DNA of 64,000 nucleotides. Source: an uncultured cyanobacterium (lineage in GTDB: Bacteria > Cyanobacteriota > Cyanobacteriia > Cyanobacteriales > CAWCAG01). The position numbers and the translations under genes were made by a program. The DNA is taken from positions 1 to 64,000 of the forward strand of contig CAWDOD010000010.1 of the NCBI GenBank assembly GCA_963803805.1, in the 5' to 3' direction. The notes under the pieces were generated by a model. The model saw nothing but the letters and a program-made list of their open reading frames with translations. It was not told where the DNA came from and did not search any database. Below are positions 9,216-18,466 of this stretch, one piece after another. Each line of letters opens with the position of its first letter. Positions within the stretch are counted from its first letter, which is position 1.

Positions 9216-10424
9216 TTAAGCTTGACGTGGTAACTCAACTTGAAAAACGGAACCTTTACCTAACTCACTCTTGATGGTAATTTGCCCATTAAGCATCTTG
9301 ACCAAAGAATCAGCGATCGCCAGTCCTAAACCAGTGCCAGGGTGTTTGCGGGTAAGGCTTTGATCCACTTGTCGAAAGGGTTCAAAAATTATTTTGAGAT
9401 TTTCTGGAGAGATACCAAGCCCAGTATCTTTAACAGTGATCGCTATATAATCTTCCTTTGGTTCCCAAACTTTGACCCAAACTTGACCAGCATTGGTAAA
9501 TTTAATGGCGTTAGAAAGTAAGTTAATCAGTATGCGCCGTAAACAACCTCTGTCGGTATAAGCTAGAGGCTTTTTTAAATCTGTTTCCACTTCCAAAATA
9601 AGTTGCTTGCCTAATGCAAGGGAACGAATTTCTTCTGTGGTCATATGGACTAATTCAGCTAAATCAAAACTTTCTGGCTTAAGTTCTAAATGCCCAGCTT
9701 CGATTTTGGAAAAGTCTAATAACTCATCAATTAATAGTAAAAGATTTTGACCGTTATTAAAGATTCGCTCAATCATATCTTGTTGCTGCTCATCTAAAGA
9801 GCCATGGCTTTGGAGCAACAACATTTGTGAAAAACCCATCACCGCATTCATGGGGGTACGCAACTCATGGGACATGGTAGCCAAAAATTGCGACTTGAGA
9901 CGAGAGGCTTCTTGCAATTTGCGATTTTGCAATTGGATTTGCCGCCGTTGCTGTTCTAGTTCTTGGTTTTTGCGAATTAATAGTTCGTTACTCTCCCTAA
10001 GCTGCTGATTAGCCAAAGATGCCTTCATTTCTGCTCGATAAACTCGAAGCGCATTGCGTAGACGCTGCCAGAGGTTTTCTGGAGAAACATTAGACTTGGA
10101 GAGGTAATCCGATGCTCCCGCTTTCATCAACTCCACCGCAATACGTTCATCTCCTTGGCCTGTCAGCACAATCAAAGGTACTTTCACCCCAAGCGATCGC
10201 ATATCTTTAACTAATTCCAGTCCATCTTGATCTGGTAAACCGTAATCGAGAAAAATACAGTCGAAGGTTTGGTGTTTGAGAGTGGTAATAGCCCCAGTGC
10301 AGTCAGAAGCTTCAGCAAACTCCACGTTTACTCCTGCTTTCGTGAGTGCGCGGCGTACAGCCATCCGGTCTATTTCGTCATCATCGACAACCAAAATGTT
10401 TAAGGTCTTTTCCATAGGATTCAA
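9216..10424 (-). CDS. Hybrid response regulator-histidine kinase
   Basis: N-terminal REC (LVVDDD, LDYGLPD), SHELRTPM, and N/G1/F/G2 boxes. Confidence 0.92.
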   Translation of the reverse strand: MNPMEKTLNILVVDDDEIDRMAVRRALTKAGVNVEFAEASDCTGAITTLKHQTFDCIFLDYGLPDQDGLELVKDMRSLGVKVPLIVLTGQGDERIAVELMKAGASDYLSKSNVSPENLWQRLRNALRVYRAEMKASLANQQLRESNELLIRKNQELEQQRRQIQLQNRKLQEASRLKSQFLATMSHELRTPMNAVMGFSQMLLLQSHGSLDEQQQDMIERIFNNGQNLLLLIDELLDFSKIEAGHLELKPESFDLAELVHMTTEEIRSLALGKQLILEVETDLKKPLAYTDRGCLRRILINLLSNAIKFTNAGQVWVKVWEPKEDYIAITVKDTGLGISPENLKIIFEPFRQVDQSLTRKHPGTGLGLAIADSLVKMLNGQITIKSELGKGSVFQVELPRQA

Positions 10425-10515
10425 CTTTCAGTTTGGTGGCTGAGAGCAATAAGATATAGAAGCGAATCATAATTTTGAATTCATTTGTATACTTCATTAC
10501 CTGAGCCTCTTATTA

Positions 10516-10950
10516 CTAAGGCATTTCACATAAAGCCCAATACTTATTCAAAGTTGCCATCACTTCAGCAAACTTAGAAAAAGTTACGGGTTTGAGAATA
10601 TAGCCTGCTACATTCAGGTTGTAAGCCTCAACTCTGTCTCTATCTTCATCAGAAGTGGTTAGGACAATAACAGGAGTCAATCTTAATTTAGGGTCATCCC
10701 TAAGTACGTGTAGGAACTCCAAACCGTTCATTTTTGGCATATTCAAATCAAGGAGAACTAGACGGCGATTTTCAGGAACTTCTGCCGGCTGACCCTCTTC
10801 TTGGGGACGTAACAATTGAAGAGCGTCTAAGCCATTACCTGCAATATAGAGGGGATTGGAGATGTTGCTTTTTTTAAACGCCCGTTTAATATTCATCACA
10901 TCTACTTCATCATCCTCAACAAGCAGGATGTTAATAATCCGGTCTTCCAT
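10516..10950 (-). CDS. Single-domain response regulator, Rcp1-like
   Basis: ILLVEDD, LLDLNMPKMNG, LTTS, YILKP and KYW C-terminal pattern. Confidence 0.88.
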   Translation of the reverse strand: MEDRIINILLVEDDEVDVMNIKRAFKKSNISNPLYIAGNGLDALQLLRPQEEGQPAEVPENRRLVLLDLNMPKMNGLEFLHVLRDDPKLRLTPVIVLTTSDEDRDRVEAYNLNVAGYILKPVTFSKFAEVMATLNKYWALCEMP

Positions 10951-11156
10951 GAGTTCTATCAACCAAGTTTACTTGACCATTATTAGCAAAAATGAGCAGT
11001 ATTTTATACCCTGTTTTAATATTATGAATAAACCAAGTGTAAATTTCCTCATCTCTTGGTTAGGAATTACTAAATTACCATTTCTCTTCCTTAAGTTATA
11101 AAAACTACTCATTTTCCAGAATTAGCTCGCTTTTACTATACTTCAAAAAAAGCGAG

Positions 11157-11912
11157 CTAATTCTGCACAAATTGATTTAAGGACAGTAAGCTTATTCGAG
11201 GATTATCCTGAACAGATTGACGAGAAAGTTTGGTATTGTATCCCCAATCAGCCAAAAAAAGCTGCACTCCCTCTAAATCTGGCTGCTGTGCTACTGAATG
11301 CAAGGTTTTTAAGCGATCTTCAACAAAAGCAACCTCTTGGTTACTGACAGAAAATTCAGTAATTAATACCCGTAAGGTTTGATGTTTAGGACGTTTAACT
11401 TCTTTGCCAAAAATGTTTTCTTCTGATAAACTAACTTCTGCTCCTTGTAACAACTTTTGAGCAAAACGTCCTTCTTTGGTCGTAATAATGAATAGTTGAG
11501 TAGGAGAAGCAAGAATGCGTTTAACTTGCTCAATTACTCCTGGATAAAAGCGATGCAAACTTAACCAGCCTTCCAAATCTGTTTTAATCCACTCATCCCT
11601 AACTTGATCTAGCTGTTGAGCTATTATTTTACTATCTAGCTTCTCGGCAACAACAATTTTTTGAACTACAGCGTGCCAATTGGTTAAAATTTCCTTTTCA
11701 GTAAATCCTAAAACTAATGCTCGCAATAAGACAGGCATTTCCCAACCTGTTTCAATAACTGGGCGTAAACGATAAAAAACAGTTGCTAAACCCGCACTGG
11801 GTTGAGAATGCCAAATTTGAACGTAGGTTTTGCAGGTTGTTTGGAAATACTCAACTAATCCATCACAAAGAACGCCGTCAAAATCAAGGGCAAGAATTTT
11901 GGTATTGATCAT
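11157..11912 (-). CDS. HAD-superfamily hydrolase
   Basis: ALDFDGVLCD, TTKEGRF, FVEDRLKTL and LADWGYN motifs. Confidence 0.88.
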   Translation of the reverse strand: MINTKILALDFDGVLCDGLVEYFQTTCKTYVQIWHSQPSAGLATVFYRLRPVIETGWEMPVLLRALVLGFTEKEILTNWHAVVQKIVVAEKLDSKIIAQQLDQVRDEWIKTDLEGWLSLHRFYPGVIEQVKRILASPTQLFIITTKEGRFAQKLLQGAEVSLSEENIFGKEVKRPKHQTLRVLITEFSVSNQEVAFVEDRLKTLHSVAQQPDLEGVQLFLADWGYNTKLSRQSVQDNPRISLLSLNQFVQN

Positions 11913-11940
11913 TTTAGCCTCCAGCAACGGCAATATTTTG

Positions 11941-11982
11941 ACACAAAAAAGACACGACTTCAGCCGTGCCTTCGTTTTTTGG
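11941..11982 (-). terminator. Rho-independent terminator after tRNA-Gln
   Basis: Minus strand reads aaggcacggc-tgaa-gtcgtgtctt followed by a T tract. Confidence 0.7.
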
Positions 11983-11990
11983 TATTTATG

Positions 11991-12062
11991 CTGGGGTGCT
12001 AGGGATCGAACCTAGGAATGGCGGGACCAAAACCCGCTGCCTTACCGCTTGGCTACACCCCA
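11991..12062 (-). tRNA. trnQ: tRNA-Gln (UUG)
   Basis: TGGGGTGTAGCCAAGCGGTAAGGCAGCGGGTTTTGGTCCCGCCATTCCTAGGTTCGATCCCTAGCACCCCAG folds into a cloverleaf with a TTG anticodon; CCA is not encoded. Confidence 0.97.
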
Positions 12063-12079
12063 ACGAATCTGCCTTTGCT

Positions 12080-12110
12080 ATTGTAACAACTGTTGCCTAG
12101 AAGTTGTCAA
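12080..12110 (-). promoter_or_regulatory. Putative tRNA promoter
   Basis: TTGACA, 19-nt spacer, then TACAAT preceded by TGn (extended -10), ending 18 nt upstream of the tRNA. Confidence 0.5.
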
Positions 12111-12142
12111 GTAGTTTTTAGCAAGAAATATAGAAAATAGCA

Positions 12143-12169
12143 AACTCCCTTGGTGCTACAAGGGAGGTT
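12143..12169 (-). terminator. Terminator hairpin after hli
   Basis: ctcccttg...caagggag stem followed by a T-rich tract on the minus strand. Confidence 0.6.
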
Positions 12170-12202
12170 TCATGTTGCTTATCTCTACTCTATAGCTAGA
12201 AA

Positions 12203-12352
12203 TTACATGATACCTAGCTGAGAGAGAATGCCTTGTCCAGTGAGAAGTTCGGTCAAAATGCCAATGGTGAAACCTAACATAGCGAGGCGACCATTCCAGG
12301 TTTCAGCAACGTTGGTGAAACCGAATTTATTGGTTACTTGTTGTTCTGTCAT
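12203..12352 (-). CDS. hli: High-light-inducible protein (HLIP/SCP), 49 aa, absent from the ORF track
   Basis: Manual translation MTEQQVTNKFGFTNVAETWNGRLAMLGFTIGILTELLTGQGILSQLGIM*; contains the ExxNGRLAMLG chlorophyll-binding motif. Confidence 0.95.
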   Translation of the reverse strand: MTEQQVTNKFGFTNVAETWNGRLAMLGFTIGILTELLTGQGILSQLGIM

Positions 12353-12395
12353 ATCTAAACCTCGTATCAATTACTTGAGTGTCTTTAGTCAACCT

Positions 12396-12413
12396 TATGT
12401 AATTTAATGTAAC
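12396..12413 (-). promoter_or_regulatory. HLR1 (RpaB-binding) motif upstream of hli
   Basis: Minus strand GTTACATT-AA-ATTACATA matches the (G/T)TTACA(T/A)(T/A)-N2 direct repeat. Confidence 0.8.
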
Positions 12414-12634
12414 GTAACTAGAAATATATTGCAACAATTCTTTATTTGTCATAGGACAAATTCATGATAGAGCCTAATAAGCAATAGCTTCTCTTGGTCG
12501 ATTTACAATCTTCTATCAACCTGGTAATCTTATTAACCTGCAACCAAGAAACATAAAGAACTCACCTGACGACTTGTAACTTACTCGATAAATAAAGACT
12601 GAGCAGAACCCGTAGATTTGAGATGAAAGTTTAA

Positions 12635-13909
12635 TTGTCAATGAAAAAAATTAACTATTCCCTGACCGCTAGTTTCATAGCACTTTCTTGTACCGCAGTG
12701 TCTTTAGGATTGGGCGCGTTACAGCCATCCTCCGCTCAAGTAGAAGATGCCCAAGGAATCCCTACTGTAGAAATAGAAGTCCCGTTGCCAGAAATTACTC
12801 CCCCTACAAATATTGCCGATCCTAGTACAGAAGCAGTTAACTTCAACCAACCAGTTCCCCTAGATATTGACCAAACTAGCAACGTCTTGGACATTCGCGG
12901 AGTTGGTGACTCTGGGATGGCCCTCACCTACAAACAGCCCCTGAATTTAAACCAAACCTTGCCGGGAAATAATGGCGGTGGTTTCGCTGATTTTGGTCAA
13001 CGTCTTGATGCTTTAGATCCCACTGGAAAATCCTATCGTGGCGACTTATCTTTTATTAATTGGGAAACTGTAGTTGGCACTCGCTGCAATAGCTTCCGAG
13101 GCAGCCCTAGCCGCAGTTCCTATGCTTTTATGTCCCATCCAGATAACCTTGTAGAAGCTTACAAGCGAGGTTTTAATCTTATTGGTTTAGCCAATAACCA
13201 TAGTTGGGACTGTCCTTCTGCCAATGGTAAAAACGGTGCATTAGCATCAGCAGAAACCATGCAACGCATCACTCAAGAAATGGGAGCAAAATGGCTTTGG
13301 CACGGTGTTGGGCAGCAGAAAAATGTGGCTACGGTAACAACCATGATGGTTGATGAACGTCCTGTTAAGGTAGCCTTTGCTAGCCTTTATATGGGAGGGG
13401 CTTGCACTTATATCACCTGTGTTAGTGATCAGAATGCTGTACTAAAATCTTTGCGAGATGCAGATGCCGATATTCGCATTTTGGCAATGCACAGTTGGAA
13501 CGCTGCAACCCAAAATCAACTGGTTGGTGTAGGAAAAGACTTTATCCGTAACTACAACGGAGATATAGTTTTTGGTCATGGGCCCCATGTTTGGGAACCA
13601 GTACAAGTTGTTCCCAAGGCTAATGGGAAAAAAGGAGTGATGTTTGAAAGTTTGGGTAATTTCATTCATCCCAACTTAGCAGCGAAGGGAAAAGATATCA
13701 TCGGCAGGGTTTTGCTAGATTTAGATACTTTAGAAATACGCCAAGTCCAGGTTATTCCCATGAAGCTTGATGCAGCCAATGCTTCTTTTCAGGGCGCTCC
13801 TACTCCCACTAGTGTACCAACAAGAGGTTTCAGTTGGACAGCTATTAATAGTGCAGAATGGCAAAGTGACGTTTCTGGGGTGACAGGGGCTTTTTATAAT
13901 CTTCGGTAG
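12635..13909 (+). CDS. Secreted CapA (PGA_cap) family metallophosphoesterase-like protein
   Basis: Signal peptide; VGD, NWET, LANNHSWD, MHSW, GHGPHVW and SLGNFI motifs. Confidence 0.85.
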   Translation: MSMKKINYSLTASFIALSCTAVSLGLGALQPSSAQVEDAQGIPTVEIEVPLPEITPPTNIADPSTEAVNFNQPVPLDIDQTSNVLDIRGVGDSGMALTYKQPLNLNQTLPGNNGGGFADFGQRLDALDPTGKSYRGDLSFINWETVVGTRCNSFRGSPSRSSYAFMSHPDNLVEAYKRGFNLIGLANNHSWDCPSANGKNGALASAETMQRITQEMGAKWLWHGVGQQKNVATVTTMMVDERPVKVAFASLYMGGACTYITCVSDQNAVLKSLRDADADIRILAMHSWNAATQNQLVGVGKDFIRNYNGDIVFGHGPHVWEPVQVVPKANGKKGVMFESLGNFIHPNLAAKGKDIIGRVLLDLDTLEIRQVQVIPMKLDAANASFQGAPTPTSVPTRGFSWTAINSAEWQSDVSGVTGAFYNLR

Positions 13910-13934
13910 CAACTTAAGAATTGCTATATAGGAT

Positions 13935-14228
13935 TTAATTAAATATAACTTGATAAAGCTGACCTTTTCTATCAGAACCAATGGGTACTATAAATAACTC
14001 GAATTTGCCCATTTGGTCTTGTTTAAAAGTATAGGTTTCTTGAGGAATAAAAAGACCTTTTGGTAAACGAAAAATTAGATCAAAGGGTCGTCCAGTATGG
14101 GGATCTTGATCAGGGTAGTCTGATACTTTGATTAATTCAACTTCTAAAAAGTTAGTTTCATCTAGAAAAAGATAAAACCTTTCTTGGAGATAAGGACGAA
14201 AGTTGCTACTTTTAAGTTTTGCTAACAT
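13935..14228 (-). CDS. DUF6916-like protein
   Basis: RPFDLIF...PQETYTF...ELFIVPIG...YQVIFN signature. Confidence 0.75.
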   Translation of the reverse strand: MLAKLKSSNFRPYLQERFYLFLDETNFLEVELIKVSDYPDQDPHTGRPFDLIFRLPKGLFIPQETYTFKQDQMGKFELFIVPIGSDRKGQLYQVIFN

Positions 14229-14286
14229 TAAATTAAGTTTAGGTAATAGGTAATAGGCATTCTTTCTACTACTGATTGAAATTTGA

Positions 14287-14787
14287 TTAGGGGAGGCGTT
14301 CCATTAAATAATAAACTCCGTTTTCTCCTAAAGTTTGGAATCCCAAGCGTTGATAAAGTTGTAAGGCGCCGTTATAGGTTTCTACATGAAGGCGTATAGG
14401 TAAAGTAAGTTGCTGTCCTTCTGTAATAATTTTTTTGAGGAAGGTAGTACCAATTCCTTGATTGCGATAAGGGGATAATAAAGCAATATCTATAATGCGA
14501 ATTTCATCTTTTTGATAATTAATATAAAGGCGACCAATTGGTTTTTTATTTAATAAAATAATTAGAAATTGTGCTTCAGGATAATTTTCTTGGTAATGCT
14601 TGTGTTGAGCATTAAATTGCATTTTCAAGAAAGATTCTTTTTGGGAGCTATCCCAATCTACTAAAGCAAGTTCTTCTTTGCGAGTACTGGCATAAACTTG
14701 ATAAAGAAAAGCTTCATCTCTTGGTTTGATGGCGCGAAAAGCCAGGACTTGATTATCCTTGAAGCACAAAGTATCTTGGGTGAGCAT
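14287..14787 (-). CDS. GNAT acetyltransferase (type found in tail-collar gene clusters)
   Basis: LYQVYASTRKEEL, FLKMQFNAQHKHY, IDIALL..YRNQGIG, LYQRLGF. Confidence 0.85.
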   Translation of the reverse strand: MLTQDTLCFKDNQVLAFRAIKPRDEAFLYQVYASTRKEELALVDWDSSQKESFLKMQFNAQHKHYQENYPEAQFLIILLNKKPIGRLYINYQKDEIRIIDIALLSPYRNQGIGTTFLKKIITEGQQLTLPIRLHVETYNGALQLYQRLGFQTLGENGVYYLMERLP

Positions 14788-14815
14788 AAATTGATCTATT
14801 TTTAGCTAGATTTAA

Positions 14816-16711
14816 TTATCTTAGCAAAGGAAAATGAATTTCTACTGTTACTCCCTGACCTTTGCCAGGGCTAAATATGCTAATTTCTCCTCCCATTAAT
14901 TCTACCAAATTGCAAGAAATCGCTAAACCCAAACCAACACCACCATATTGGCGAGTGGTAGTACCATCTACCATCACAAAAGGACTAAATAGCTTAGTTT
15001 GACTAGCAATATCAATACCAATACCCGTATCTTTGATAATAACAATTACTTTATTTTTAGAGGTTTCGTCAATACAATTGATTAAAATACTAATAGTAAT
15101 GCTACCCCTGGGGGTGAATTTAATTGAGTTATCAAGAATATGATTAAATACTTTTTTTAGTTTAATTGGGTCAGCTTGAATAAAAAGAGGTTTATGGGAA
15201 TTAGGAGGATTTAACTCAATTCCTTTATTCTGAATAATTGGTAAATTTTCTAAAATTGCTTCATCAAGAATATCCCTTAAGTTAACTTGTACTAGGTTAA
15301 CTTTTGATAGGCCTTTTTCTAGACTAGCAATTTCTAAAATATTACTAACTATAGTTAATAAGTGTACAGCCGAACTATTTGCTTTTTGCAGAAACTCCAT
15401 CTCTTCTTCGCGGTCATCACAACAATCTTCAATTACTAAATTTAAAGAGCCAATAATGCCATTGAGAGGTGTTCTTAATTCATGGGAAATAGTCATAAGA
15501 AACTCATTTTTGATCCGGTCAGCAGCTTCAGAGTTTTTCCACGCAATTTCTAACTCTCGACCCCATGTTTTTAATTTGATTTCTCTCTCATTAAGAATGG
15601 CAGCTAACTGATTATATTCTTGAATTTTAAAATCCTGGGCAAGAATGTTTTTTACTTGCCAATTATCTTCATAAAAGGCGGTATTACTAAGTTTTTCTAA
15701 GGGGCTAGCAAGATCACGAGAAATGTATAAAGTGGCGACAACAGTTCCAGTAATTAAGGCACAAGTCATGATTAAAAGAATAATGCGTACATGTTTTAGT
15801 CCGGCAAGGGCCTCTTCTACAGGGGTAATATCTAAAATAATCCACTTTTGCTCTGTTTCTTTAGTAACAGGACTAGCAATAGCTGTATATCCAGATAATA
15901 GTTCTAAATCAGGTTCTTGGGGAGAAAACAGAGAGAAAAAACCTGGTTGTTCATTAAGGGCTTTGGTAACTAGTTTTTGCCAAGCTTGAGCATCTTTTTG
16001 TTGAGCAATATTTTGACCAATTAATTCAGGATAAGGATAGGCTAAAATAATACCTTGTTGACTAATAACCCCAGGATTACCTGTTAATAAACCTCGTTTA
16101 ACTCGCTCTTGTTGTAATAGTGCTGATTTGACTATTAAAACTTGCTTTGATTGACCTTGAGAATTATCAACTGGTACGCAAAACAATAATTCTAACTGAC
16201 TGATACGAATTGGTAAGTCGGGAGGTTTATTGGTTATTTGAGAAGAAGAGTTGACTAAAGATTGGATATAAACTGGTGAAGTCTTTTTTGTTGACCAAGA
16301 ATAATCTGTAACACCAAGTAAAGCTTTTTGACCGCAAGTACTAGCGGTTGTTATTCCTTTTTTGAGATCAATAACTTGAACGCATTGGATATTTGTAGAT
16401 AATTCTTGCTCTAGTTGTTGAATAAAACTCTCTATATCTGTTACAGAATTTTTTTGAAAGACTTCATTACTAGAAGCGATAATTAATTCAGCTTGCAGGA
16501 TATCAACAGACTTATGAATACTTTCACCTTTGGCGATCGCACTTTCTGTAATATTCTGACGTGCTGTATAAAGAATAGCAGAACGAGCTTTGCTATAGGT
16601 AAGATAAACTCCCGTTAATAAAATTGGTACGCTTACTAACAATAAGCGCGAGAGAAGAATGCGGCGGAAGGAAGATTGACCTAATTTAGTCATAGTACCT
16701 ACCGTACTCAA
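14816..16711 (-). CDS. Membrane sensor histidine kinase (TM-Cache-TM-HisKA-HATPase)
   Basis: Two TM helices; SHELRTPLNGIIG, DTGIGI and GGVGLGL motifs. Confidence 0.9.
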   Translation of the reverse strand: MSTVGTMTKLGQSSFRRILLSRLLLVSVPILLTGVYLTYSKARSAILYTARQNITESAIAKGESIHKSVDILQAELIIASSNEVFQKNSVTDIESFIQQLEQELSTNIQCVQVIDLKKGITTASTCGQKALLGVTDYSWSTKKTSPVYIQSLVNSSSQITNKPPDLPIRISQLELLFCVPVDNSQGQSKQVLIVKSALLQQERVKRGLLTGNPGVISQQGIILAYPYPELIGQNIAQQKDAQAWQKLVTKALNEQPGFFSLFSPQEPDLELLSGYTAIASPVTKETEQKWIILDITPVEEALAGLKHVRIILLIMTCALITGTVVATLYISRDLASPLEKLSNTAFYEDNWQVKNILAQDFKIQEYNQLAAILNEREIKLKTWGRELEIAWKNSEAADRIKNEFLMTISHELRTPLNGIIGSLNLVIEDCCDDREEEMEFLQKANSSAVHLLTIVSNILEIASLEKGLSKVNLVQVNLRDILDEAILENLPIIQNKGIELNPPNSHKPLFIQADPIKLKKVFNHILDNSIKFTPRGSITISILINCIDETSKNKVIVIIKDTGIGIDIASQTKLFSPFVMVDGTTTRQYGGVGLGLAISCNLVELMGGEISIFSPGKGQGVTVEIHFPLLR

Positions 16712-17093
16712 GGTTTAGTTTAAAGCCAAATTGCAACGGAAAAATTGAGGCATATAGCAACGGAGTTACAAACTTGTACTACCTATAAGATTAATCTCGA
16801 CAGAGTACTGAAAAGAAACTCCTCCAAATTTGCTTGTATGCAGCTCAACTAAAATTACTCACCTGATACACTGAATTAAGATAACACACCGAATAAAAGG
16901 ATTTAATTTCCCTAAAAAAGCCCCTACGCAACGATTTAGGGAAATAGTCCTCTTCATGATTTCCTGCCAAGTTCACGAAGATTGCATTACCCTAAATGAT
17001 AATTGGGTTTTTCTCTTGCTAGGTTGCTTGTATAGCATTGCCTTAATTTAAGCGGCTTTCCCAACTACTAATTGCACTTTCTCCAGTCACTCA

Positions 17094-18290
17094 ATGTTTC
17101 AAAAAGCTAAACCTCGCTACTCTGTTACTTGGATGCAAGAAATGGCTGAAATTCCCCAAACTGAGTGGGATGCTTTAGCTGTACCGTTGAAAACTCCCTT
17201 TTTGGAGTGGGAATGGCTGAATAACCTAGAAACTTCTGGTAGTGCCACGGCTAAAACAGGTTGGCAACCTTGCCATTTAACAGTATGGCAAGATGATCAA
17301 TTAGTTGCTGCTGCACCTCTTTATCTTAAAGGCCATAGCTATGGTGAATTTGTTTTTGATCACCAATGGGCTGATTTATCTTACCGTTTGGGTATTCCCT
17401 ATTATCCCAAAATGTTGGGCATGATTCCTTTTACCCCCGCAGAAGGTTATCGCTTTTTAATTGCCCCTGGGGTAGATGAGGATGAGGTAACGGAGATGAT
17501 GGTACAGGAAATCGACGATTTTTGTCGGCGTAACGGCATTTCTGGTTGCAATTTTCTCTTTGTTGATCCGCAATGGCAAGGGGTGATGGAAAATCATGGT
17601 TTCAATTCCTGGCGACATCACAGCTATATTTGGCAAAATCAGGACTTTAACAGCTTTGATGATTACCTAAAGATATTTAATACTAATCAACGGCGTAACA
17701 TAAAAAGGGAGCGCAAAGCTGTTGCTAAGGCAGGATTAGAGGTGAAAACTTTTAGCGGGCAGGAAATACCTGAAGCCCTTTTTCCCCTGATTTATCGCTT
17801 TTATAGCAATACCTGCGATAAGTTTTATTGGGGAAGTAAATACCTAACTCAGCAGTTTTTTAGGCAACTTTATCCTAACTATAGCGATCGCGTCTTATTA
17901 GTAGCAGCTTACCAAGAAGGAGCAGAGGAAAATAACCCCGTGGGTATGTCTTTCTGTTTAAGGAAAGATGAACAGCTTTACGGGCGCTACTGGGGCTGTT
18001 TAGAGGAATATGACTGCCTCCATTTTGAAGCCTGTTACTATAAACCAATTGAGTGGGCGATCACGAATAAAATTAAGATATTTGATCCTGGGGCAGGAGG
18101 TAGACACAAAAAAAGGCGTGGTTTCCCCGCAACCCCTAACCACAGCTTGCATCGTTTCTATAACAAGCGTATGGGCAAAATTCTTAGTTCCTATATTAAT
18201 GAAATTAACGAAGCTGAACAAGCAGAAATCGAAGCGATTAACCAAGATTTACCTTTTACCAAGGGCGAGATTGAGTTTAAGCTGGACTAA
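17094..18290 (+). CDS. FemAB-like GNAT-fold protein (DUF482)
   Basis: KGHSYGEFVFDHQWA, LYGRYWG, LHFEACYY and GAGGRHK motifs. Confidence 0.9.
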   Translation: MFQKAKPRYSVTWMQEMAEIPQTEWDALAVPLKTPFLEWEWLNNLETSGSATAKTGWQPCHLTVWQDDQLVAAAPLYLKGHSYGEFVFDHQWADLSYRLGIPYYPKMLGMIPFTPAEGYRFLIAPGVDEDEVTEMMVQEIDDFCRRNGISGCNFLFVDPQWQGVMENHGFNSWRHHSYIWQNQDFNSFDDYLKIFNTNQRRNIKRERKAVAKAGLEVKTFSGQEIPEALFPLIYRFYSNTCDKFYWGSKYLTQQFFRQLYPNYSDRVLLVAAYQEGAEENNPVGMSFCLRKDEQLYGRYWGCLEEYDCLHFEACYYKPIEWAITNKIKIFDPGAGGRHKKRRGFPATPNHSLHRFYNKRMGKILSSYINEINEAEQAEIEAINQDLPFTKGEIEFKLD

Positions 18291-18466
18291 ATTTAGTAGC
18301 GTAGCCCTACTAAATAGCAGGGAGTAGGAGTAGGGGCAGTAACAAGTAATAATAATTAGGATTAGCCACTAGCAACTAGCAAACTTGTAGTTTTTGCGTT
18401 TCATTGCTATTTTTAAGCGATGAGTATCTAACTCTTTTGCATTGACCACTGACTGCCAAGATAAAG

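Noticed and set aside
11991-12062. tRNA-Gln as an integration site
   Set aside because: No integrase, and no duplicated tRNA 3' end was seen in the window
16906-16945. 11-bp inverted repeat with an 18-nt loop between divergent genes
   Set aside because: Single copy, low complexity, no assignable function
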